Positions 8,730-16,792 of a stretch of 45,654 nt of DNA are shown one piece after another. The position numbers were made by a program, and so were the translations under genes. Numbering within the stretch: position 1 is the first letter of the stretch; each line of letters starts with the position of its first letter. Under the pieces are notes generated by a model. It was not told the origin of the DNA and searched no databases. It was given only the letters and a program-made list of their open reading frames with translations. This stretch comes from an uncultured Bauldia sp. (GTDB lineage Bacteria; Pseudomonadota; Alphaproteobacteria; Rhizobiales; Kaistiaceae): contig CAZXKZ010000001.1 in the NCBI GenBank assembly GCA_964641825.1, forward strand, positions 1 through 45,654, written 5' to 3'.

Positions 8730-9402
8730 CTACGTCTGGTCGGCTATCCAGACCCGTGCCGGCGAGCAGCATCGCTACCGCGACGCGCAGACCGGCCGCT
8801 ATATTTCCGCGCGACAGGTTCGGTCCGAGCTGGATCGGTTCGTAGACGCGGCCGGGCGCGGGTCGGCACGCGAGTTGACCGCGCAACTGCGCGACGGCCG
8901 CATTGGGCTGGCCGAGTGGCAGACGGCGATGGCCCGCGCGGTGAAGAACATCAACTATGCGGCCGTGGCCGCGGCGTCAGGGGGCGTCGAGAACATGACC
9001 GCCGTGGAGCGCGGCCGGGCCGGGGCAATCATCCGCAAACAATATGAGTACCTCAGAGAATTTGCGCGGCAGATCGCCGGCGGCGAGCAGCCGCTGGACG
9101 GCCGCGCCGCGCGCCGGGCGGATATGTACATGCAGGCCGGGCGCGAGGCGTTCTACGACCAGAAGCGGGCCGGCGTCGCCGGGCGCAATCCGGGCGCGGT
9201 CCTGATGGTCAGGTCTCACCGGCATCGCGGCGACAGTTGCCGTGATTGCATCGATCTGGATGGGGTCTGGTTTCGGCAGGGCGATCCGGCATACAAACCG
9301 GTCGGCCGCCGGATCTGCCGCGTCTCCTGTCGCTGTGATGAGGAGTATGGCCTGATGGAGCCGGCCGGCGCAATCGTCGGTTTCGGCGTGGAGGGATTCT
9401 AA
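8707..9402 (+). CDS. minor head / head morphogenesis protein (Phage_Mu_F / SPP1 gp7-like)
   Basis: Lies downstream of the portal. The Cys-rich C-terminus CRDCIDL...CRVSCRC resembles the conserved Mu F-type motif. Confidence 0.55.
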   Translation: MTGPPMPNYVWSAIQTRAGEQHRYRDAQTGRYISARQVRSELDRFVDAAGRGSARELTAQLRDGRIGLAEWQTAMARAVKNINYAAVAAASGGVENMTAVERGRAGAIIRKQYEYLREFARQIAGGEQPLDGRAARRADMYMQAGREAFYDQKRAGVAGRNPGAVLMVRSHRHRGDSCRDCIDLDGVWFRQGDPAYKPVGRRICRVSCRCDEEYGLMEPAGAIVGFGVEGF

Positions 9403-9615
9403 ATGAGCGAACCATCCGTGCGCTACTCTGCCCCGGCCGGCAAGGACAAGTCGGTGATGCTGCCGGCGCGAGCGGCCAAGCTGGCGCGGCGGCTGCTGCA
9501 GTTGGAACGCGAGTGCGACGGCCGCGGCCGGCTGCTGATCGAGGTGATCTTCATCGACGGCGAGTGGTTCATGGTCAACAATCGCATCGGTGAGCTGGAA
9601 CGGTTTGGAGACTGA
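9403..9615 (+). CDS. hypothetical protein
   Basis: 70-aa ORF starting directly after the upstream TAA. Confidence 0.4.
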   Translation: MSEPSVRYSAPAGKDKSVMLPARAAKLARRLLQLERECDGRGRLLIEVIFIDGEWFMVNNRIGELERFGD

Positions 9616-9711
9616 ATTGGACAGCGTAATCGGCCGCGCGCTAGAATAGCCAAAACCGCATCTCTGTGGCCGGCACACCATAACCGGCGACGGCAGGCGC
9701 ACTAGCGAAAC

Positions 9712-9758
9712 AGCCCGCCACGAAGGAAGAACTCCTTCGTGGCGGGCTTTCCGATTTT
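9712..9758 (+). terminator. intrinsic terminator-like hairpin (16-bp perfect stem, 5-nt loop, then ttccgatttt)
   Basis: agcccgccacgaagga / tccttcgtggcgggct read directly from the sequence. Confidence 0.65.
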
Positions 9759-9776
9759 CAGTCCCCGGAGGACGCC

Positions 9777-10325
9777 ATGACCACGACAGGCCAGGAGCCT
9801 ACCCCAGAACCCCAGGCGGGTGAGGGCGAACCCGAACAGGAACAACCGAATAGCGGCAAGCAGCAGATGACGCTTGAGGAGGCGCTGCCCGCGCTTGAGT
9901 TGGCGCGCAAACAGGCGGCCGACTACAGGCGCAGGATGCGCGACGTTGAGGCCCGGTTGACCGAGGCCGAGAAAGCGCAAGCCGCGGCGGCCGAGCAGCA
10001 GGCGGCCGAGCAGGGTCGATTCCAGGAACTCTACGAGTCTGAGAAGAAAACCCGCGCCGACCTGGAGGCCCGCCTGCGGCAGATCGAGTATGACGGTCTG
10101 CGCAAGGACGCAGCCCAGGCGGCCGGCATCCCGCAACTGTGGGAGCGGCTCCAGGGGCAGACGGCCGAGGACCTGGCCGAGGATGCGCGAGCGCTGGCGG
10201 CGATGATGCAGCCGGCCAACGGGCAGCCTCAGCGCCAGGCGACTACGCCGCCGACGCCGCAGCCGCAGGGCGCCGGCAAGCTGACCGACGATGAGCGCCG
10301 GGCGCGAGCCGCAAAGACATTCTAG
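9777..10325 (+). CDS. scaffolding protein (putative)
   Basis: 182 aa, rich in A/Q/E/R with a coiled-coil-like sequence, located upstream of the capsid gene. Confidence 0.55.
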   Translation: MTTTGQEPTPEPQAGEGEPEQEQPNSGKQQMTLEEALPALELARKQAADYRRRMRDVEARLTEAEKAQAAAAEQQAAEQGRFQELYESEKKTRADLEARLRQIEYDGLRKDAAQAAGIPQLWERLQGQTAEDLAEDARALAAMMQPANGQPQRQATTPPTPQPQGAGKLTDDERRARAAKTF

Positions 10326-10337
10326 AGAGGCTTTAAC

Positions 10338-10742
10338 ATGGCAAATCTGACGATTACCAAAGCCCGGCCGGTGGAGACGGTGATGCAGTTCACCGGCCCG
10401 GCCGTGGAGGCGATTGCCGCCGGACAGCGCTGCCGCTTCGATGCATCGACCGGCAAGATCGCGCTGGGCAACGGCACGACCGCGGCCGAGGTCAAGCGTG
10501 GCGGCATCGCCACGCGCGCCGCCGCGGCGGGCGAGACGCTGACGATCATCAACCAGGGCATCGTCGACGTGGGCGACGCGCTCGACGCGCTGAGCTTCGG
10601 CGACGACATCTACGTGTCCGACACCGACGGTACGTTCTCGACGGCTGTCGGCGATAGCACGGTCGACGTCATCGTCGGTATGGTCGTCCCCGGTTGGGGG
10701 CACACGACGGCCGACAAGCTGCTGTGGCTGTTCGGCAACTAG
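10338..10742 (+). CDS. head decoration-like protein (DUF2190-like)
   Basis: 134 aa between scaffold and capsid genes. The G/A/T-rich beta-type sequence resembles the DUF2190 family. Confidence 0.45.
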   Translation: MANLTITKARPVETVMQFTGPAVEAIAAGQRCRFDASTGKIALGNGTTAAEVKRGGIATRAAAAGETLTIINQGIVDVGDALDALSFGDDIYVSDTDGTFSTAVGDSTVDVIVGMVVPGWGHTTADKLLWLFGN

Positions 10743-10755
10743 GAGACGATGAAAG

Positions 10756-11826
10756 ATGGCTAACCTGAACAGCTACGGATTTTTGTCCCTGGCCGATATC
10801 GCCGCCGACCGCGTGGCGAACGGCAACGTGAGGGTCGTGTCTGAGGCTATCGCCGCGTCCGTCGCCGAACACAACCGGCAGGTGCAGGCGGCCCTGGCCG
10901 AACTGGTCGAGCGCACAACCGACTATATGCGCCGCTACAAGATCGGCGGGGGCGGTACGCTCCAGCCGCTCGACGAGTGGGGCAACCCCAAGCCCGTCCA
11001 GGATGTTGGGCGCTATGACGTCGCGTTCCCGATTCAGGGGGGCGGCACGGCCTGGGGCGACAACCGCGTCAGCCGGGCACTCATGACGGTGTCCGAAGCC
11101 GACCGGTACACACTGGCCGCGCTGCGGCGCGACGCCGACTGGATGAAGCGCCATATCCTGGCCGCGCTGCTGGACAATACCAGCTACACCTACGTCGACC
11201 CGGAGTTCGGCAGCCTGACCGTGCAGCCGCTGGCCAACGGCGACGCCGTGACCTACCTGAAGAAGGACGGCACGCCGGCGACCGACACGCACTACTATGC
11301 CCAGGCCGCGGCCATCGCCGACGGCGCGAACCCGTTCCCGACACTGCTCGATGAATTGAGCGAGCACGTCGAAAACGATGGCCCCTACGTCGCCTACGTG
11401 CCGACGGCGCTGAAGGCGAGCATCATGGGCTTGGCTACGTTCCACGACGTGGCCGACCCGAACATCCGGCTCGGCGACGGCCAGTCGCAGCTCATCGGCT
11501 CCATCGACCGGGGATTTGGCGACAAGCTCATCGGCTACGTCGATCCCGGCGTCTGGGTGGTCGAGTGGTCGGTGCTGCCCGCCACGCACGGGCTGATGGT
11601 AGCGCGCGGCGCATCCACGCCGGCGCTGGCGATGCGCGAATATCCCTCGCCCGCGTTGCAGGGCCTATTCGTTGAGAACCACTCGCCGGACGGCAACCTG
11701 AACGAGTACCGCATGATCCGCTACGCCGGGTTCGGCGCGCTGAATCGCACGGCCGCGCTGGCGTTCTACATCGGCGGCGGCGCTTACACGATTCCGACCG
11801 GCTACACCACGCCGCTGGCCGTTTAG
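10756..11826 (+). CDS. major capsid protein (putative)
   Basis: 356 aa in the canonical position after the scaffold and decoration genes. Confidence 0.65.
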   Translation: MANLNSYGFLSLADIAADRVANGNVRVVSEAIAASVAEHNRQVQAALAELVERTTDYMRRYKIGGGGTLQPLDEWGNPKPVQDVGRYDVAFPIQGGGTAWGDNRVSRALMTVSEADRYTLAALRRDADWMKRHILAALLDNTSYTYVDPEFGSLTVQPLANGDAVTYLKKDGTPATDTHYYAQAAAIADGANPFPTLLDELSEHVENDGPYVAYVPTALKASIMGLATFHDVADPNIRLGDGQSQLIGSIDRGFGDKLIGYVDPGVWVVEWSVLPATHGLMVARGASTPALAMREYPSPALQGLFVENHSPDGNLNEYRMIRYAGFGALNRTAALAFYIGGGAYTIPTGYTTPLAV

Positions 11827-11835
11827 GAGGTCGCA

Positions 11836-12087
11836 ATGAACGCGACAATTCTGGCGGAACGGACGGCGCGAGCGATCGCGACCATCGAAGCCGAGACGCG
11901 ACGGCTGGGCGGAGACCTGTCCATCCGGCCGTCGCGCGGAGACGCGGCGCACCGGCATCTCGCCGTACTGGAAGCCGTGGCCGAGGCGCTGGCCGGGATC
12001 GGCGCGGGCGAAGCAGGTGTAAGGGAAGCGCCCGCGCCAGACCCGCCGGCCAGGAAGAAGCCCGGCCGGGCTGAGGCGGCCGGATGA
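11836..12087 (+). CDS. hypothetical protein
   Basis: 83-aa ORF in the structural block, overlapping the next gene by ATGA. Confidence 0.4.
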   Translation: MNATILAERTARAIATIEAETRRLGGDLSIRPSRGDAAHRHLAVLEAVAEALAGIGAGEAGVREAPAPDPPARKKPGRAEAAG

Positions 12088-12518
12088 GCTACGGGAGCGC
12101 CGAGGGCGTTGCCGCCTTCACGCCACAGTTCGCCAATGCGTCGGGCCGATTCGACAACGTAACGGTCCCAACGCTGGCCCAGGTCGAGGCATGGCGCGTG
12201 CAAATCAGCGCCATGCTCGACGTGGCAATGGCCACGGCCGGACTGCCCGCGCCGGCGACCGAGGAAACGGTCGTCGCCATGCTGGCCGCCTTTGTGAACG
12301 CCAACACGGCCGGGCTGGTGCGCGGCGTAAACGGCCAGGGGCGATTCGCCGAGCGGCCGACGCCGGTCGACGAAATGCTCCTGTCCATCCAGTCGGCCGC
12401 CGACCTGTGGGTCCGGCAGCACGCGGTGGGCATCGGGGCGCTCTCAGGCCTGGAGGATGACGAGGTCGGCGTGGGCAGCGTCAGCTTCCACGTCGTCACG
12501 TATTCGGAGGCGGTGTGA
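12084..12518 (+). CDS. head-tail connector/adaptor candidate
   Basis: Position, size and 4-nt overlaps with its neighbours. Confidence 0.4.
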   Translation: MSYGSAEGVAAFTPQFANASGRFDNVTVPTLAQVEAWRVQISAMLDVAMATAGLPAPATEETVVAMLAAFVNANTAGLVRGVNGQGRFAERPTPVDEMLLSIQSAADLWVRQHAVGIGALSGLEDDEVGVGSVSFHVVTYSEAV

Positions 12519-12934
12519 TTCATTTCGAGCTGACCGTCCGCGGCCAGGATGAAGTGACCGGCGCGCTGCGTAACGCGGCAGCCCAGGGGCAACGGCGGAT
12601 GAGCGCGGCGACCTATCACTGGGCGGTCAACGCGCTGCCGCGATTGCGCTCCACGCCCTACCCGGCCGAGCGGCCAGGCCAGCGATACCGGCGCACCTAC
12701 CGCCTGCGGGACGGATGGGGGGCGCGGCCGACTCAGGGCGGCGCGACGATCTTCAACCGGCAGCCGTACACCGGCTTTGTCGTCGGCGACTGGCAAGGCG
12801 GCGGCCAGGCATGGATGCATCGGGGCCGCTGGTGGACGGCCGAGGCGATTCTCCGCAATGAGCGGCAGTCGCTGCGCCCGGCGCTGGTCCGGGAACTGAA
12901 CCACCTGTTTGCCATCGGAGCGATTCGACGATGA
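12515..12934 (+). CDS. head-tail joining protein candidate (HK97 gp10-like by position)
   Basis: 139 aa, translationally coupled to both neighbours. Confidence 0.4.
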   Translation: MIHFELTVRGQDEVTGALRNAAAQGQRRMSAATYHWAVNALPRLRSTPYPAERPGQRYRRTYRLRDGWGARPTQGGATIFNRQPYTGFVVGDWQGGGQAWMHRGRWWTAEAILRNERQSLRPALVRELNHLFAIGAIRR

Positions 12935-13359
12935 GCGAAGCGACGCGTCAGGCGCAGGTCGCCGCGGCGCTGGCTCCTCTCTTCAAGGAGGGGAGCGTGC
13001 TCGTGAACGATTACCGGACGCCGCAGACGGCCAGCCGCGAGCGCGCGCCGTGGGCCATCGTGGCCATTGCCGATGAGGTGATTGTCCTGCCCGGCGAGGC
13101 ATGGACGACGCCACAGGCGGTCTATGGCGTCTACGTGACGCTGTTGGACTACCGCCGCGGCCGATCGGACAAGGCACTGCTGGACACCTTTCAGGCGCTG
13201 CGTCAGAGCGTGCTGGCCGCGCTGGCGGCCGTACCGTACCTGACATCGCGCATCGAGGCGGCGACGCCGCTGGGACCTTACTTCAGCGAGGAGGATGAGG
13301 CCGATCCGGATTCGATCGCGCAGCGTTTCGTCCTCGATATCACAGACTACGAGGTATAA
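12931..13359 (+). CDS. tail completion/terminator candidate
   Basis: 142 aa, position only. Confidence 0.4.
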   Translation: MSEATRQAQVAAALAPLFKEGSVLVNDYRTPQTASRERAPWAIVAIADEVIVLPGEAWTTPQAVYGVYVTLLDYRRGRSDKALLDTFQALRQSVLAALAAVPYLTSRIEAATPLGPYFSEEDEADPDSIAQRFVLDITDYEV

Positions 13360-13361
13360 GA

Positions 13362-13739
13362 ATGGCAGGCGATACCGGACAGGGACAAACAGCGACTTTC
13401 GGCGCGACAACGCTGTCGAATATTCGCAGCATTCAGACGCAAAACACCGGGCAGGTGATCAGCGAAACAGTGGCCGACGGCGTGCTGACGCAGGTCATCG
13501 GCACGGGATGGCAGTTCGTGGTCGATTTCATCGCTCCCACGTCGGCGACTCACACGCTGGAGGGGGCGATCAAGGCGGGCACGAGCGGCGCGATCGATAT
13601 CACGAGCGGGGCCACGCGCTACACGTCTGCCAACGGTCGCAGCGGCGGCTTCACCAAGTCGTCGCCATCCAACAATTTCATCTCCTACTCGTTGACGTTG
13701 ACCATCGACAACGACCCGACGCTGGCCGCGCCCGCGTAA
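13362..13739 (+). CDS. major tail tube protein candidate
   Basis: 125 aa immediately upstream of the chaperone pair. T/S/G-rich. Confidence 0.4.
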   Translation: MAGDTGQGQTATFGATTLSNIRSIQTQNTGQVISETVADGVLTQVIGTGWQFVVDFIAPTSATHTLEGAIKAGTSGAIDITSGATRYTSANGRSGGFTKSSPSNNFISYSLTLTIDNDPTLAAPA

Positions 13740-13748
13740 GGATGACGC

Positions 13749-14108
13749 ATGGCGAACGAAGATGAACTGGACGTATTCGGCCGCACGTTCAAACTGAAGC
13801 AGGAGCTGCTTCAGCGCGACGTGGCGGCATGGAATCGGGCCTATATCGCGCACCCGCACCGCGCGGCGCTGGCCGACGAGCGGCAGGCGTCGCTCCAGGC
13901 GGCGATAGTGGCCGGGTGGATTCTCTCGCCGGACGCGCGCTTTGAGGACGTGACCGACGGGGCGACGGGCGCCACGTCGCGCCGCTACCTGTTCGACGGC
14001 ACGCCGGTGGACGAGCTAACGGCGGCCGAGGTCAATTACTACGGCCTGCTTTGCACGCGCCACTTTGACGCCGCGATAGCCGTCCCAAAACCTTCGTCCT
14101 CGCAGTAG
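13749..14108 (+). CDS. tail assembly chaperone (gpG analogue)
   Basis: 119 aa directly upstream of the tape measure gene. Contains a slippery heptamer near its 3-prime end. Confidence 0.6.
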   Translation: MANEDELDVFGRTFKLKQELLQRDVAAWNRAYIAHPHRAALADERQASLQAAIVAGWILSPDARFEDVTDGATGATSRRYLFDGTPVDELTAAEVNYYGLLCTRHFDAAIAVPKPSSSQ

Positions 14109-14392
14109 CGGCGTATGCGGAGGGCGGCGAGACGAAGCCGCCGGAGCTGGATTGGTGGCTCTTTCGCGAGTGGGGGCCACCCTATCCCGGCGGTTGGATG
14201 GATTACCCGGCGGCCGAGTTTGTTCGTGCCCGCTACGCGCGCAACGTCTACCTCGCCATGACCGGATACCGCAAAACCACCGACCTCGTGGCATGGTGTG
14301 ATGCCAACCCGGATGCCTGGGAGCTGGTTTCCTACATCTTTAAGCTACGTGAGGAGAGCGGACAGTGGCCGACGGCATTGAATACAACGTAG
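13749..14392 (+). CDS. tail assembly chaperone frameshift product (gpGT analogue, -1 shift at 14084-14090, about 214 aa)
   Basis: The -1 frame is open from 14069 to 14392 and is entered at C_CCA_AAA. The ORF-track entry 14198..14392 is its distal part. Confidence 0.55.
14084..14090 (+). promoter_or_regulatory. -1 programmed ribosomal frameshift slippery heptamer CCCAAAA (X_XXY_YYZ)
   Basis: Zero-frame codons are gtc cca aaa. The -1 frame reads ccc aaa acc. Confidence 0.6.
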
Positions 14393-16356
14393 CGACCAAA
14401 TTCACCGGCGATAGCGAACTACGCGCCGCAGCCAACGCCATCGAGCGCGTCGGCGACGAGAGCAAGCGGGCAATGCGCGCCGCGGGCGACGCATCAGACC
14501 ACGCCAAACGCTCCTGGACTGAATTCAAATCGCAGATTGACGTCATCTCCGGCGCGCTGGGCAAGGTCGGAAATGTCGCCGGCGGCGTCTACAGCGCCCT
14601 GGGCGAGGGGGCCGAGCTCATCGCCGCGCGCGACCGGTTCGACAACCTGGCGGCCAGCATCAACACGACCGGCGACGCGCTGCTGGGTAAGCTGCGCGAG
14701 GCCACGTCGGGCATGATGACCGACGCGCAGCTCATTGCCTCGGGCACGGACTTGATGAGTCTCGGCCTGGCCAAGACCGAGGAGAGCGCGGTTCGTCTGG
14801 CTACCGTCATCGGCAAGCTCGGCTGGGATATGCAGGTGCTAACCCTCACGCTCGCCAACAACAGTATGGCTCGCCTCGATTCGCTGGGCCTCTCGATGGA
14901 AGACGTGAAGGCGCGGGCCGAGGCCTTACGCGACGCGGGGCACGGGCTGGACGAGGCCTTCGACCTGGCCGTGCTGGAGGCGGGCGAAGCCAAGATCGCG
15001 CTACTGGGCGACTCGGCCGACACGACGGCCGGCAAGCTCAAGATTATGGAGACGGCCATCGCCAACGCCGGCGACAAGTTCAAGGTCGCCTTTGCGCAGG
15101 GCATGGCTGAGGGGCTGGCCGCGGCCGTTGAGAATGCCGACCAATTGACTGACGCGATCGGCCGGGTCGGCCAGGCGTCGGGCGACCTGTTGGCGCAAAT
15201 CGGCGGCACGGCCGCGTTCCAGTTTGCTACCGATTCAGTCCGCAAGGAGCTGGAGGCACTGGGGGTCGACCTGACCGAAGTGGATCGGCAGATCCGCGAC
15301 ATGGAGCGGCGGCGCGGCGCGAACTTTATCGAGCTTGGTTTCGACCCGCGCGACGCTGAAATAGCGGCCGAGCGTTACCGGATTTTGACCGAGGCACTGG
15401 AAGAGTATTACACCCAACAGCGGCGCATCGGCGGCGTTCGTGAGTACATCCCCAACCTGCCGCGCCAGACGGAGCAGGTGCGCGACTTCAGCGACGAGCT
15501 GACCCGATTCGTTCAACTGTCGAATAGCGGCGTCGGCGGGCGCAAGATATTCGCCGACCTGGAGTCCGGTAACTGGCAATATGCTGCTCTGGGATTGGGT
15601 CAGGTTAATGAGGCGCTCCTCGAGCAGTCCAGGATAGCCATCAAGGCACGGGATGCCTGGGCGGATTACGTCGCTGCGATCGAGGGACGCGGCGGGGAAC
15701 TCTTCGCCGACTTTGTCCAGGAGGCTGAAGGCGCAAAAGAGGTCGGCGAGCGATGGGGCCTTGATCTCAAACAGGCCATGTTCGACGCCATGCGCGAAGG
15801 CGGCGCGGGCGCCAACCCGCTGGCGGCGCTGGCCGAGGAAATGGGTATATCGGCCGAGAGCATCAATGCCGCATTTGATGCCATGCAGCAGCAGACCATC
15901 ATCGAGAATCTTGCCCAGCAGGCGCGCGACGGCCAACTGGCCTGGGCGGATTTCGCGGCCACGGTCGAGAATGCCATCCGCATCCTGAACGGCGGCTACG
16001 CGGTCGACCTGGGCCCGCGAGAAATGCCCGCGCCGGAGGACAGGGGATTCCGCGAGGGCTACCAGGACGACTTCGTCGCCAACCTGCCCAGCGAACACAC
16101 CATCGTCATCGATGCCAACACCGAAGCGGCCGTGGCCGCGGTCAATGAGGCGAAGGGCCTGGTCGACGGCTTCGTCAGTCCGGCGAAAGCATACGAGGCC
16201 GTGATGGATATGGATATTTCGGCCGTGGAAACCGGCACGGCGACCGCGACGCGGCTCATCAACGGCGTGCCGACCCGGCGCACCATTACCATCAATTGGG
16301 AGCAGAGCGGCGCGGACGTGATCGCCGCGCTCCGCGCCCTGGGGATTCTGCCATGA
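14365..16356 (+). CDS. tape measure protein
   Basis: 663 aa, A/G/L/E-rich, immediately after the G/GT pair. GTG start preceded by gaggagagcgg. Confidence 0.8.
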   Translation: MADGIEYNVATKFTGDSELRAAANAIERVGDESKRAMRAAGDASDHAKRSWTEFKSQIDVISGALGKVGNVAGGVYSALGEGAELIAARDRFDNLAASINTTGDALLGKLREATSGMMTDAQLIASGTDLMSLGLAKTEESAVRLATVIGKLGWDMQVLTLTLANNSMARLDSLGLSMEDVKARAEALRDAGHGLDEAFDLAVLEAGEAKIALLGDSADTTAGKLKIMETAIANAGDKFKVAFAQGMAEGLAAAVENADQLTDAIGRVGQASGDLLAQIGGTAAFQFATDSVRKELEALGVDLTEVDRQIRDMERRRGANFIELGFDPRDAEIAAERYRILTEALEEYYTQQRRIGGVREYIPNLPRQTEQVRDFSDELTRFVQLSNSGVGGRKIFADLESGNWQYAALGLGQVNEALLEQSRIAIKARDAWADYVAAIEGRGGELFADFVQEAEGAKEVGERWGLDLKQAMFDAMREGGAGANPLAALAEEMGISAESINAAFDAMQQQTIIENLAQQARDGQLAWADFAATVENAIRILNGGYAVDLGPREMPAPEDRGFREGYQDDFVANLPSEHTIVIDANTEAAVAAVNEAKGLVDGFVSPAKAYEAVMDMDISAVETGTATATRLINGVPTRRTITINWEQSGADVIAALRALGILP

Positions 16357-16790
16357 CCTATTTCCTGCGCATCGCGTCCTTTACGGACGGGTCGATCACC
16401 TTCGACGCGACGGCCGCCGGGGTCCATGTCAAGGACGGTCCGGCCGAGGGGCCGCGCGTCATCACGCACATGGAAGCCAACGACGCCGGGGCGATCATCG
16501 ACATCGATGGAACCGGGCCGGCGACGCTCGTGCCGCCGCTCATGACGTTCAATCTCATCTTCAGCGCGGCCAACCCCAACGCGCATACCCAGCTGGCCAA
16601 CCTGATCGCCCTGAAAGGCAAGCACGGCACGTTCAACGGCCGCCTGCCGACCGCGACTACCTACCTCACCAAGACGGCCCCGGCGCGGCTGATGGACGTG
16701 CGCGGCAACTGGTCGCCGCCGTTTAGAACCGGTACGGAGAGCCACATCGCCGTGGCAGTCGATATTCAGCTAAAGGACTTCCTGACCTAG
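16353..16790 (+). CDS. tail protein (distal tail candidate)
   Basis: ATGA overlap with the tape measure stop. 145 aa. Confidence 0.45.
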   Translation: MTYFLRIASFTDGSITFDATAAGVHVKDGPAEGPRVITHMEANDAGAIIDIDGTGPATLVPPLMTFNLIFSAANPNAHTQLANLIALKGKHGTFNGRLPTATTYLTKTAPARLMDVRGNWSPPFRTGTESHIAVAVDIQLKDFLT

Positions 16791-16792
16791 CC

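Noticed and set aside
9777-11826. Search for a prohead protease (ClpP, S49 or HK97-type) near the scaffold and capsid genes
   Set aside because: No ORF of suitable size or with Ser/His catalytic motifs was seen. The gene order matches SPP1-like phages, which use a scaffold without a protease, so the absence is probably genuine rather than a missed gene.
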